From Asterias rubens (lineage: Eukaryota): a stretch of 64,000 nt of DNA. The DNA lies in NCBI RefSeq assembly GCF_902459465.1, contig NC_047074.1:9176001-9240000 (forward strand), read 5' to 3'. Positions 1 to 13,794 of this stretch are shown here, piece by piece (the stretch's first letter is position 1; every line of letters starts with the position of its first letter). Position numbers and translations under genes: made by a program. The notes beneath the pieces are model-generated. The model had not been told where the DNA came from and made no database searches. It saw only the letters and a list, made by a program, of their open reading frames with translations.

Positions 1-1923
1 GATCCCCTCTTGAAACTAATGGTGTGTGTGCAAGGACAATGCTGGAATTTCATCTTTGAGTTTGAGAGGGCAAACTCATCTGCTTAGCTACATGTACTTC
101 CAGGAAGTAGGAAAGTCTTAGAGTCAATGGGATTGTTAAAGGGGCACCAGAGGAAAGACCAGGGGCCACATAGGCCATGCCAGACTAGGTATTGAAATAA
201 CCCCTTGCACCAACAGCAACTGCCGTGGTGCCCTGTGCTTTTGCTGAAGTGCCCTTTGCAAAGTTCCAATACAAATTCACATTTTCCTCGTAAAAGGACC
301 GGCCTCTCATCAGAAAAAAATTTGCCGTGCCCCTTCAAGAGAAGTTCTATACCCACCATGGTCTAAACTGAATGTGATCCTTTTTTAATTTCCACCCCGG
401 TTGTAGAAAAAGGTGGGTGCAACCATTAGGCCGATAGACTGTGCTGCATGTCCCGCGCATAGTGTTTTTATAAATTTTTGTTTAGCTTCTGGGTACAGTT
501 TCTTCGCTAGTGTAAAGGCTGCAAAATCTTGCTCAAACTTGACGAACAAATAGGGCCTACAAGCCACATTTGTACAGTCTAACGCATGTGTGATGGTCAA
601 CGTGGTTTCCTGCTTAGGTTTGTCCCAGTTATATAATTTACACACCCCCTATTTTGTTTTAAAAGCACAGAATAGACGCATTTAACTTTTAGACTTACTT
701 TATATTTCATTTTATCGATTGAACACCTAGACAATCAAATGTTTTGTACTCGGCACATTACTCCATTGAACTCTGTGTCAGGGTTCCCTCACTTTGTTTC
801 GTGATAAGACTGGTTTTCCAGTCTAGTTTTTGGTATTAAATGTGCGTTCAGAATTTCCAGTCTGTGACCTATTTTTAAAATGGTCATTAAACTATATTTC
901 TGCAGAAAGATGACACTCCTTCATCTGATCACTCGATGATTCACAGCTACATTGTACTTTAAATCCAAACACAATGTAGTGTAGAATTATTCCACAACAC
1001 TTTCTCTCTATACAAATCACATTAGCAGGATTAAACAGAGTTGGCAGAAAGTCATTATTTTGCAGTCCAAGACAAGATGCCAATTACTTTTGCAATATTG
1101 TCCAAGTCGAGTCACAAAGTCAAAAGCAAAACTTAGAAGTCAAATTACAACATGTGATCCAAGTCAAACATTCGCATGACTCAAGTCACCAACTCTGCAG
1201 GATAAATATTAGTAACCATGTGGAGAAAGGAATGCAGGGTAACACAACAACCAATAATTAAAAAATTGTAAAACAAAACTAATTTATTTCCAGCTAAAAA
1301 TTGTTTTTATAAGTTTAGCAAAAACTAACTTTACATTTAGAGTGGGGTAGCTGCAAAAGTTGCATTGGTTTTAATTGCCACATGGCCTAACTGTAACTAT
1401 CATAAAACCCAAGAAAGTCAGAAAATTTCACAAGTCAAAATTTCACAAAGGAGTACAAAAACGCACCAGACACAGTTGTTGTGTTGAGTTGCTCAGCTTA
1501 CTGGGTCAGGTGAGTATACAGACTCTACTCTTTATTGTAAATATTTAATTGCTTGCCTGACTGCCTATTCGTCCTTGAGAGATAGAATTATCACAATTTC
1601 AGAAAGCCAGACTTTTAATTAAGTAAATACAAATTTTCAATCAGAACTCAGATTAGAATTGTCGGAATTGTCCCATGCACAAATGTGGTGCTATTTTGTA
1701 ATTGAATTGAAACCACTGTTTCGTTCGGTCAATGGACATTTTTAATTTAATTTTAAGCAACCAATGGCAAGTTCAACCGAAACCCTTATTTATTGGTTAC
1801 GACTGAGGTCGGACAGCGACATCGCACCACCCAGGTCATGTCACGTTTAAATAAACTCACACTCATCTTCACAATCACACGGACACAGTGCAGACTGTAG
1901 TGTGACTGCGACTCGATTGTTAG

Positions 1924-2800
1924 TTGCGATAATGTAACCCATCTGCCGACGGCGGAGCCGGAGGCTTACGAGTCACTCCCATTCGATGCAGGGCGAAATG
2001 GTCAAACACGTACAATTTCGACAGCTAGTCAACAGATTTGCTCAATTTTTACCCCTTTCGAAAATCATGACATAAATTCTATGAACACCACCTTAATCCT
2101 CAATATCTAATGAATAACATTCAAAACACCACTGAGAAAGTATTTTGAAATAAAGTACAAAAACTTACCAGATCCCGGAGCGAAACAGTCACAAATTTCC
2201 CAGGTTCTATTTTGAACCTGTCACTTCACCATTTTGTGACTTCCCGATGTTCATTGCTGTTGGACTAAACCATTCTGTAAAAGGGGTGTTATACATGTAA
2301 GGCAGCGCGACAGTGCGTGTGCGCTGTCCGTTTACTAGCCTATGCCCGCTGTTCACTCACTTAAAGCACTGCCGCACTGCAGCACCCTTTGTAACACCCC
2401 TTTTACAGAATGGTTTAAAGTCAAACTCGGCTGAGGCTCGGTCGGCAGGTAGTCAATTCAATTGGCTGGTACCTGCGGTTGGGTTCAGCGCTTGGGGTCA
2501 GCGCATGGTAACCAGCGACAGGTTCAAAAATAGAACCTGGGAACTTTGTGACTGTTTCGCTCCTGGAATCTGTTAAGTTTTTGTCCTTTTTTTCAAAATA
2601 TTTTCTCAATGTGTTTTTGAATGTTATTCATTAGACATTGAGGATTAAGTTCGTGTTCATAGAATTTGTGTCATTATTTTTTAAAGTGGTAAAAAATGAG
2701 CAAATTAGTTGACTAAAATATTTCGCCCTGCATCGAATGGGAGTGACTCATAACCCTCCGTTCGGCTACGCCGTCGGCAGGAGGGTTACGTTATCGCAAT
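1924..2800. mobile_element. Non-autonomous foldback/MITE element with ~290-bp inverted arms
   Basis: 1924-2221 is the diverged reverse complement of ~2519-2800 (e.g. gagtcactcccattcgatgcagggcgaaat vs atttcgccctgcatcgaatgggagtgactc); ~300-bp non-coding spacer. Confidence 0.85.
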
Positions 2801-4682
2801 CGATTGTGTGACTGCTGTGCTGTGTGACTGTGTGAGTCAGTTTGTGCACAGATCAGTCTGGTCTGACTAATTTCAGTGTAAACACTGGGGGAAAAAACAA
2901 CTGTTTTACTTCTAAACCCTAAAAGTAAAAGGCAAACAAATACTGGCTCCTCTGTTCACAAACAAATGGCTCATTGCTGTAAATTGTCTACACTCCTACT
3001 ACAAAATTGAAATGAATACACCCAACCCCTTTTTTCACTTGTCGGAAACACACGTCTTTCGCTTTACAATTACCGCAAAACATGTAGGCCTACCAAAAAG
3101 AGAATTATAATCTTGTCCGCTCAATAAAAGTGTACATAACAGAGTGCACCCCGATCCCGAGTGTGCACAGCACAGCACAGTTTATAAAACAGGGGCGAGT
3201 AAGTTGGAGAAAGACCTTCCATCAAATCGCAACTTCTTTTTCCAAAACCGTTGTCCTAATCTCACCCAAATACAAAGCATTTGAACAATCAATACTTACT
3301 GGTTACAGACCGTGGTGAAACACTAATTTCCAAATAGAAAATAATGCCAAAACGGGTGGAAATTCACCTCCAATCCATTGTAGAAGGTTCAAGTGCCAAG
3401 CCACACAATCGTGATTCCCACGTAAAATAAATTACAGTGCAGTGTTGTTACGCCCAATTAAAGCCCAAAATCGTTTGTAGCACAATCTATTTTGAGTTAA
3501 AAAGTAGCCATGTTGGGCGCTATTAAGCCCAAAGGGCTTTATGTGTCAGGCGTACCAATTAGTATTGGCGAGTAGAATCAGTGTACTTACTCCCCGTTAA
3601 ACAATCTATAAAGAGATTTAAGCTTCACTAATTATCTAAATTTAATCCATTAATGTAGCTTAAAATATGAAAAACTTATATCAAAATGTTAAGTAGACTT
3701 AATTAGAATAATATATTTGTTTATCTTTTATATTTGAAAGTAAAATAACCAATTCCGCAATCATAAAGTTTGCTAAATGCAGTTGCACGATTTGTTTAGT
3801 ATGGCGACTGACATGTTCCCCCACTTTTACTTGTAAAGTGCACTTTGCAAGCAGGGTCCCATATTTCCAAATACCGCAATGATTTGCTTGTGAGGAGAAA
3901 ACCGATCAGCTGATCGGGAGAATCCTCCTGTCGAGCCTCAGCCTTGAGAGCATCTTGACTGTTGATTGATAAAACTTATATTTGTAAGATTTGCTCAGCT
4001 GTATTTTTAGGCGTCGTGTGTCATCATCAGGTGATCAGTGGGGGAGGGAATATTTTGTCACAACCGTAGGGATAAGGGTTGAGGGCTTAAGTTTTCCCAT
4101 CCAAATCCCAACTTTTGCGAGACATTTTGTTTGTTTACATACAAATCGTGCTTGATCATGTTGATTTGATGATAATGTGTGACACACCTCCCCTTCCATT
4201 TGTTGTCTATTCATTGTGTTCTGGGAATCTCGGAAATTCTTTTTTAGAGTATTTTTTTTAGGGGGTGCTTCTATAATTCTATTCAAGAGAAAAGGGGTTT
4301 GTTAACGAAGAAGATGATTGGAATAAAAATAAACATCTGTTAACATGCACTTGAATTGAAGTAGGTCAAACTTTTAACCAATCAGTGCTCTGGGTTTTAT
4401 AGTGCTGTGTAGTAGTGTATAACGTAGGCCTAAATGAATGTGGGAACTTTCACATGGTCGGCCTGTTTTGAAATTTTGACACCTTATTTTGTTTGTGAAC
4501 AATTTGCACAGTTTTTTAATTTCCAGTCAATCTGATCAAAATGATGGACATCCTTCTCCAAATCCAGCTAAAACCCCTGTCCTGGGTCACACTTTGGTGT
4601 CATTTCATTTTTTTCAAATTGATGTTTCCTTTCTGTTGACTCGCTCTTTATTTGTCTTCCACTACCTAGGAAAGAAAAAAAC

Positions 4683-7600
4683 ATGGACGTTCTGAAGCCA
4701 CCAATTCTAAACATTGATGGCCGTTGCTATCGTTTGAATCCGGTGCAGAGGCCCTCTGAGTGGGTGGAGCATGAAGATGAAATGGAGGGGTACGACGAAA
4801 TGTATGATGGTATGTTGTGTGATGTGGTCCTTCAAACGATTTGGGTACTCTTTACACAAAACACAATGTCCACAGATTAACTTTAAACTCATGTGATAGG
4901 ATTAGTAGAAAGCAATTTCCTTAATAAAAGGTACAGGATGAGGTGCTGTCATTTTTTCTGAGAAATAAGTAAAATAATGTCACAAACGAATAGTTTTCAT
5001 CTGAGTTTTATTTAGCATACAATACGTTTTTCACGCTCAAATATTCGTTGTCGACTGAGCGGAAAATTTTGTTTAGTGACTTGTTTTACGCACTTCTCAA
5101 AAACAACAGCACTTCAGCAAGTTATATTGAAAGGGAAGCCTTCTACCATCATTGTCTTCAAACTGTGTAATTTTAATATTCTGTGGACATTGTGTTTGTG
5201 TTACAAAAAGTACCAAAAGCGTTGTAAGCCAACTTTTTTTTTTTAAACCGATTTATAATTGTTTTAATTCTATATGATAAAACTGTTCATAGCATACACT
5301 TATAATTACCTGTGAATGTTTCATTTCAAAAGGTAGTCCTGTTTTTCAGATCCCCGTAAATCTGGAGCAAGTTTTTTCCACGCAAAAAGAATAATCCCTA
5401 AAGGGAATACACAATCTGAGAAGCGTTTACTGCAGTAAAACAATGCCTCTCAGATCATAGATTTGCGTTTCAATTCAGTCCCTGCTTGACTGCTCAGGTT
5501 TTTCCTAAGTATAAATATTTATACGGAGTTTTACTTCCACCATCATAAAATTGAAACTTATACTTCCTTGTTTTCTCTGCATTGGCTACAACCAGAACAA
5601 ATCATAATGAAATGGTTTTTGCCTGGCACTCTCGAACAAAGCTATTGACAAAATAGGAAGACTGCCAACATTACATAGTTTAGTTGGTAGAGCGCCAGCA
5701 TGTTTAGGTCACAGGTTCAAGCCCCGCTCTAGTCAATTTGTCTTTGTTCAATCCCAAGTTATTTTGAAACTCAATTGCAGATTAGTACCCAGAGGAAAGT
5801 TGTGAGTTTTCAGACATAAAAGAGACTGGCAATGGTTACATCCTAGATAGCTCAATTTGTAGAGTGCCAGCATGTTAATCCGGAGGTCAGAGGTTCAACT
5901 CCCGCTCTAGTCAATTTGTCTTTGTTCAACCCAAACTATTTTTAACCTCAATTACAGATGAGTACAACGAGGACAGACAAAGGTTAAATCCTAGATAGCT
6001 ATCGAGCTTTCTTTGCAACGTCACAGCCCGAGTTTTTGCCAACCCATTGGAAAACTATGGAAAGCCATAAGTGCAAATCAAGAAAAAGATCGCTATTTTT
6101 GGTAACAATGTAACAAAATTTGTTGATTTTGTTTAAAACAAACAATTAATTATGAGAGGTATTTTATTTAATTGAAAGTTTGCAGAAAATGTTGAATTTT
6201 TGTTAAAACGATCTGTTTTTACGATTTAGTGTTTTACTAACATTCGGCCGACCATGCCAACCAAGGCGGTTTGTTTATCAACAATAGAAAGGTCTATAGC
6301 TCAGTTGGTAGAGTGCCATCATCATGAGGTCACAGGTTCAAATCCCACTCTAGTCAATTTGTCTTTGTTAACCCAACAAACTTGGAATCTTGATTGCAGA
6401 TGAGTACAACGAGGAAAGTTGTGAACTTTCAGACATAAAAGAGCGGACAACGGTTACCTCCTAGATAGCCCAGTTGTTAGAACGCGATGTTAATCCAGAT
6501 CACAGGTTCCCTGCTCTAGTCAATTGGCTTTCTTCAACCTAAACTATTTTTAATCTCGATTGCAGATGAGTAGACAGGAGGAAATCTGTGAACTGTTAGA
6601 CGTAAAAGAGATGGACTAAGGTTACACCCTAGATTGCTCATTTGGTTGAGTACTGGCATGTTTATCCAGAGGTCATAGGTTCTAGTCAATTGTTCTTTAG
6701 TCAATCCCAAACTATTATTAATCTCAATTCCAGATGAGTACAATGAGGAAAGTTGTGAACTTCTAGACATAAAAGAGACGGACAAAGGTTACACCCTGAA
6801 CCTTGAGATCCCCAGCGGTTTCTTCGGTCACATCATCGGGAAGAACAAAGAGACAAAGAAGAAGATTGAGCGAGAGACTAAGACGCAGATTGTCTTCCCT
6901 AAGGCGCATAGTGATGAGGATTTGATAGGTAGGGTGTTCGCTTTTAAAACGAAGATAATTTTCAATCTTGGGCTAGTTTGATAGTAGATGCTTAAATAAG
7001 GAGAGTCATGGATGGTTTTCAACATAGTGTTGATTTATTGGCAAAAAGTGGTTTATGCTCCATCTGGTAAGAGCATAGCTGAGTTGGCAATAAGGCTACA
7101 GCATTGACTTTTACTAAGGATGTACTATCAGCACAGATGGCGCAGATTTTAGCCAAGCCAAAGCTGTAGCCGCCAATTCAGACAAAGCCTGACAAATATT
7201 TTGACAATTGAAAACAAGATGCTCCAATCTGAAAATAGACCTAAATGATGTTCATTTGAAGAGGGCGCGTTCGTTTAGAGGTCTAAAGAAGGTTCCTCAT
7301 TGGCCCATCCCGTGTGCCACCCATACATCGATGTGCGTTTGCCGCTTTTATAGCTCTAAAATTATCAGGTCAATGTATAAGGTTTGTTCAAGGTTTTGTT
7401 ATTGTGTTTTTTATTTTGTTCATAGTTATTCGTGGAGAGCAGAAGTCAGGGATCATCTCGGCCAAAACAAGAATTGACGTGATTGTTTCATCTGCCAGAC
7501 AGAGGGAGCCATTCACTCACTTCCTGTCTATGCCGTTCAACAGCGCCCCCACACAAAACAAGTTGCGCGAGTTCACGGAGGATGTGTTGAGAGACAGGAG

Positions 7601-10600
7601 AGGGGTATGGGTCAAATTCTAGAACTTGACTTTGTCCAAATTAAAAACAAGTTTCAGAGTAAGATTCAGGATTAGAAAATTTACCAAACATTGACTAGAT
7701 TATAATAATAATACTAGTTGGTCGTTATAAAGGGCGTTATCACACCCCTAGCAGCATGTCAATGTGCTAATTTTGTTGTTTTTTTAGGGAGGGGGGGTTG
7801 AACAAAGAATTGACTAGAGTGGGATTCCAACCAACGACCTCCGGATTATCGTGCCGGCGCTCTACCAGCTGAGCCATCTAAGCCCTATGTTGGCGGTGTC
7901 CCTGTTTTGTCAATATCTTTGTTCGGGTACCAGTCAGAAGCCATACAACCATAAACTGACGTGTAGCCACCAGAACACAGGGGCCAACCCCTTCTCTCAA
8001 CTAGCTACAATATAAGTGTAAAAACAACTGGGTTTCTTTACAAGCATTGCACAACAAAAGTAGACAAGGGATACTGACTAAGTAAAATTTAAATGATTTG
8101 GGGGTTGAACAAAGACAAATTTACTAGAGCAAGATATCAATCAACCACCGGCCTCCGATCCTGACTAGTTCATTTTCAACGTTTTGAAAATGAGTGGAAC
8201 AGAAACAAATCTTAGTTTACATTTCTGTTGTGGTAAACCATTAATGTGTTCAAATACAAAACTGTTTTATGCACATTAATTTTCTCGATATGTTGTTGTT
8301 TCAGCTTAGTATGTTTTTTAAACTCACTGATGGTTTTTCGGGGGCTTTGTTTTCAGGATGAAGGACTGGATGTAAGTTTATTCCAGAAGCCGGCAAAGTT
8401 ACATCTCACTCTTGGAACACTCGTCCTCATGTCAAGAAAAGAAGTGGTGAGTCGGAAGGGACTGATGGTAGATTGAAATTAATAATAAATCTATTTTCAA
8501 AGCAGTAATCTCCCTCAGAGGAGGCTAGTGCAGAAAGTGGAGAAAGTTTTGATTTTGTAAATAAAAATAAAAGGTTTAATACAGACCCGTTCCATCTACA
8601 ATTCCGGCTTGTATTGTTGAATATTAGTTGAAATCTTGGTCGAATAAATCAAACCAATCCAGCTAGAATGCAAACAGCGCAATGAGAGTTGATCGGGGGT
8701 CTGGGTGCCTAACGAGTTCTGCCTAGGTCCAATTCCAATCGAGCTAAATGAGCAGGATACCAGTCACAGTTTGTACATTCGGCATAGTAGTCTGGCTGGT
8801 ATCCTCATTCTGGTAATCATAATTTTGTTATGATTGGCTGCTTGAGTCGTGCTTCAGCCACTCTATGAAATCTGCCCAGGATTGTAGATCATGGTGCTAC
8901 ATGATAGAATATATTTTGCGGAACTACTGAAAGTAAGTGAGGTTTTTCAAATTATGTGAACGCAGAACAAGTGTCAAGCGCTCTGGGGTCAAGGGTCATA
9001 CTTGTCCAGAGACTGGAAGAGTTTATCAATAGAAGAGTTCTTCTATCCTGGCCAAATATCTTGGTGGGCCCCTGGCCTCCATTCAATGTTGGTTTTCATT
9101 GCGCTGTCTGCACTCCTAACAACATTGAGCGGGAGGCAGAGGGCACGTTTATTGTGTACGTGGCATTTTGGTCGCGATCGCAGACCTTGGTACAGACAGC
9201 CATGCGTGTCGTCTTGTCCAACTCGTCATCCATATAACTTCATCTTTTCCTTCATTGCAGGCTCAGGCGCAAGAACTTCTTGAACAGTGTAAACAAGATG
9301 TAATCAAGTGAGGACCTTTTACGAAAACTAAATGTGAAGTGTTGATATGCAATGTAAATGGGATAACACAAATATTATGATTTGGGATTGAACAAAGACA
9401 ATTTTACTAGAGCAAGATTTGAACCAAGGACCTCCGATAAATGTGCCAGTGCTCTACCAACTGAGCTATCTAGCCCTATTTTGGGTGATCTCCCTTTTTC
9501 TTCAATATCTTTGTTTGGGGTGCCAGTCAGAAGCCATACAACCGTTAACTGCTGTGTAGCCAGGGACCACACCCAAATTACGATACAACTTTGAAGCAGC
9601 AGCCAGGGGGTCACCTTAAGGGGATGCAACTTTTTGTTTCGTGAGCGGCCATATAGTTTTTATTCAGAAACTTAAGTTGTGCTCAATTTTTTCCTCCAAT
9701 CACCACAGTCCAATCCTTCAAGACTCGTTTCTATTGGTCAATCTGAGAGGCTTGGAATACATGAATGATGATCCCGGCAAAGTTGATGTGCTGTACGCCA
9801 AGGCAGAACTTAAAGATGGATCAAACAAGTAAGATTAGAATCCTTGGTATATTAACTTGTTGGGTCCCTCGATCAATGTTGGCTCTCATTAAGCGATCTG
9901 CGCTGCCAATCTGACAGTCCTTGTAATTGTTCTAAAGACAACATCTCGCCTTCATATTAGGAACAATTTCAGTGTAGTGGCATTAATAGGCCACTGTAGC
10001 CTTTCTGTATGATGAGGTCAAGGGCTATGAATAAACCACTTTCAGTGAATGCTACTGGAGTCCTGCCGTCTTTAGAATATGGTGTTAGAAACGGGATTCA
10101 GTAAAAGTGGTTTATTTATAGCCATCATACAGAAAAGCTATGGTGGCCTATAAATGCCATTCCATAACAGTCATAACTTGATGGGTCCCCTGGATTCCAA
10201 TCGGTGTTGGCTCTCATTGAGCGGTCTGCGCTGACAATCCTTGTCACAACTAGTTGCGTCCCCCATTGTTATCTGACTACCTGTTCTGGAATTATTTTGA
10301 CAAGACTTCTAAGTTATTCCTAGTCCAAGATTTGTAAAGCATCAAACATTGGTTTAACAGACTGCAGCTCATCTGTGACAGTGTTGCAGAGAGCTTCACC
10401 AGGGCAGGGCTGATGCAGAAGGAGTATGAGCGGGTCAAAGTTCACATCACTCTCATCAACACGATCTTCAGGAAAGAGCCGGACGCTGAGGATGGGTCAA
10501 GAAGGGGCAAGGGAAAACGAGATGGAGAAGGAGACAGGGTTAGGGAGTCCATTGATGCAAGCAGAATACTTCAGGTAGGTTGCTGTACAGTTTGTTTCGA

Positions 10601-11395
10601 AACTAAATAATAATAACAATAACTGAGTCTTACCAAGTGCATGAATCCACCAAAGGTGCTCAAGGCGCTGTAACAACAACGGAAGAGAATTTAAACAAAA
10701 AGGAAACCATAATAAAATTCAGTCAAGAGAAAATGATTTTCATGCGAGTCCCGTTTTGAGAGACTTTTTGATTACTTGTGGTTTAAATGTGAATGGGTGG
10801 CTGATTCCAGATAAGTGGACCAAGTAAAAGTGAATATTTATCATGTCAAGACGAGATTAAACAAATGAGTGTAGAAGTGCGGTCAAAGTATTTTCAGATT
10901 TGTCCTATGTCGCTGATACGAAATGAGGCAGAACAAACTGTGTGGGAAATGTGATTCTTGAAAGACGATGAAGAGCAAGAAATTACACAAAAGTTACGGG
11001 CGTGGTTGACTTGAGGATTATTTGCAATTCAAGTCAAAGTTCTGGACTGATGTCATGAGTTTGGTGACTTGGACTTGACTCAAGTCACATCGGCAATATA
11101 GTGAGAACTGGACTTGACTATCATGACCAGGGCTTTATGACTTGCAAATGACATAAACGTGGCCTGAGTGAAATTTAAGATTGAAGCTATCAATTTTGTT
11201 GTACACAAATTTACCACTCCTGTACATTGTGTAATCTAACCCTTGCTTTACTTGTTTTTATTTTGTATTGTCTTGTAGGAGTTTGGGGACTACTCGTTTG
11301 GGGACTGCCTAGTCAATACAATCCATATATCGCAGCGAGGCTCATATGGGGTAGATGGTTATTATCTACCTGTTGGATCTGTAACACTGCCATGA
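4683..11395 (+). CDS. ASCC1: Activating signal cointegrator 1 complex subunit 1 (KH domain + 2H phosphoesterase-like domain), 8 coding exons, 362 aa
   Basis: Exons 4683-4809, 6734-6928, 7426-7604, 8357-8446, 9261-9307, 9709-9828, 10361-10574, 11279-11395. All introns are GT-AG and phase-consistent; total 1089 nt. Translation includes MDVLKPPILNIDGRCYRLNPVQ, GHIIGKNKETKKKIERETKT (KH), ISAKTRIDV..REPFTHFL, KLHLTLG and KVHITLINT (two HxT motifs), EYMNDDPGKVDVLYAK and TIHISQR, which match the ASCC1 sequence as I know it. Confidence 0.96.
5672..6800 (+). repeat. Tandem array (~170-bp unit) made of a tRNA-derived SINE head, the ASCC1 intron-1 acceptor and the 5' part of exon 2
   Basis: The motif (c/t)aattgCAG-ATGAGTACAA.GAGGAAAGTTGTGAAC..AGACATAAAAGAG recurs with acceptor AGs ending at 5780, 5957, 6399, 6565 and 6733 (the real one). 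Each copy is preceded by a tagatagctca..ggttcaa..ctctagtcaatttgtctttgttcaacccaa segment. Confidence 0.9.
9380..9600 (-). mobile_element. tRNA-derived SINE; further copies at ~7795-7975, 8098-8160, 45410-45530 and in the 5672-6730 array
   Basis: ttgaacaaagacaattttactagagcaagatttgaaccaaggacctccgga..ctctaccaactgagctatctagccc reads on the minus strand as a tRNA-like A box (tagctcagttggtagag) and B box (ggttcaaatc); no complete acceptor stem. Confidence 0.75.
9977..10161. mobile_element. Small palindromic MITE in ASCC1 intron 6
   Basis: gtggcattaataggccactgtagcctttctgtatgatg ... catcatacagaaaagctatggtggcctataaatgccat. Confidence 0.7.
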
Positions 11396-13794
11396 TGATG
11401 CAAACATTTTAATGGACAATTGGACATAGGTCTTTTAGTAATGGATAACGTGGCTACTGCATCACTGGGCATGTTTGGGCAGCGACCATTTGTCAACCAC
11501 AAGTCAATGTTCCATGGTGTACCTGCATGCAATACATCATGGGTACCAGGCAAAGTCGCCCAATGGTCGACAATAGTCTCTTGCTCGAACTCGATCATTG
11601 CTGAAGGAATTCCATAAACGCTACCTTGGTGTCGAACTATCTGATGATGGACAATAATATGAGAAAACAAGAATGCTATGTAATGAGTTCCTTTTGACAT
11701 TTTTTATTGCCAAGTGGCTAGGTCTCAGGTGATTTTTTGTTGGAATAAATTACCTTTATGGGCTTTGAGGCATTGCATGGTGAGGTATCAATGTATACTT
11801 GGTTTACGTTTTCTACACCACTTGTACATCTACTTGCTGGATAGACAATGTTCTTTTGAGAACTTGTATTGCTATTTTATATTCTACTACTGTATGCGGA
11901 GTAGATTTTGGGGAATTTTTGAGACATCTCAATTCTGAAAAGAACTGTCCTGCTTTTCTACTACCTCGGCTGAAGGTAGGAAATCAGTCGGGACAACTAC
12001 TTTCTCTTAGTGGAGTGAGGGGACTTCTAGTCATTAACTTCACTGCCGCCGAGTGAGTTCTTAATTGGTCTTTTAAAAATGTGTGTTTACAAACAAACTT
12101 TTCAAAACAGCCTGATGTCGTGATTGAGGGTTTGGAAACAACAAAACAGATGGACATAATACACTACACAGCAGATCTATTGCACTAATCTACAGCAAGC
12201 TGCAAGTTATATTAATTTATTTCATGATATACTCTGAGTACGTTTTAAGTATGATTTCACAATGATTTTTGAATGAGGGACACAAGGAATCGGGACTGTG
12301 CAAGTCTCCAGAGTATTCAAACTTCCAGGACCAAATTGGTCTGTTTGTTTGCTTGTTTGTTTGCTCGTTTGTTGAGATGATCTTCCCATCAAGGGAACTC
12401 GTCAAACTCCCACACAGGGATATAAACACCAAGCTGGCAACAGCCAATCTCTCCTACAAAGATCGGTTTAACGTCAATGATTATGAATTGCACAAATCAA
12501 GAAATTGTGATTCAGTAACTAGACTACAATACTTATTCTAGTCATTGTGAAATTAGTGGTGAGCATTGGGGATTCCAACCCACAGAACCTTGTAATTGCA
12601 ACCACTGGACCATTCTGTTTCTCCTATATCTTCAGTTAAACAGAGTTTATGGCTATAGAAATTACATTGCATTGTTGTGAAAATGAACCTTCAGCCATGA
12701 AATATATCAAAGTAAAAAAGTTTTCAATAAATCATTAAAGAAACATGAGAATAACACTTGACCTACAATGTTTCATTCAATGTTATCATTAAACCTATTA
12801 AATGGTCACAGAAGGTCAGGGGTGACTGGGTTTCTAAAAAGACACCATTCTCGTCCCAAGTTATTATCTTGTAACATTATAAAATTAAGAATTTTTTTTT
12901 CTCGTTTTTGATATTGGGGAGACTTGCACAGTCTATTGCTGATTATCATATACGAATAACAGTTCTGAAACTGAACAAGTTTACACATACACTTGTCATG
13001 CATAGTATAGAATGTACCTTTTTATTCAAGGTTGATTTGATACCAAGGTTGCCATTAAGAACCTTCACTGTATCAATGAAAATTACGAATAGTCAACAGG
13101 CTTCTTTTCAAGTTCCTTCTGCGAAGTTGCCCAACCCCCTAAAAAAATCCTTACCAATATTTACCACTGTTCAAAATATATAGCGGAATTACACAGCATC
13201 GAATTTCTTTCTTATTTTTGGTAAAATAAAATAAAAACAAATGAACTAGCTTGGCCAGATTTAGATCTTCGGTCCCAAAGAATCCTTTGTAGGCAAGTAC
13301 AAAGACGGATACAATAAAAGTTATATGTGAAAGTTTCAACTAAAAAAAGTGTCTACTGAAAACATTACAAAAAAAAACTACAGTATAAAGGCAAGCATTT
13401 ATAATTAAAGAAAACTTGATTTGATCAAGTTATACAATGTTTGGGTTGTCCGTAATTCTTTTTGGTAGTGTTGAATAATCGTGTAACAATCTTAAAAACC
13501 GTGGCTATCTGTTTATGCTTCACAGTTATGGCTCTCCATAGTTTTACTGACCTCGGTTGGCAAAACCCAGGCTGTGATGTTGCAATAAAAAAGTAAAAAA
13601 CATGTATGAAGCACCATTTCATATCGGGGATGATATAAACCAGACTCTCATCTAAACGCAAATGTTTTAAAGTCTGCCTGCTAAACAAAAATGTTTATAA
13701 TTTTCTCAAAATACAATAAGACGTGCTCTTTGATCTACTGCTCCAGTAGTGAGGATACTGTTCCTCAAAACCTATAATTCCACCGGTTACTTAA

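Noticed and set aside
1-87. Open frame DPLLKLMVCVQGQCWNFIFEFERANSSA* at the window edge
   Set aside because: Only 28 codons, truncated, and no family recognised; cannot be supported as a gene end.
5672-6800. CRISPR-like regularly spaced repeats
   Set aside because: Eukaryotic context; units are ~170-bp duplications of SINE plus exon sequence with no unique spacers, and there are no cas genes.
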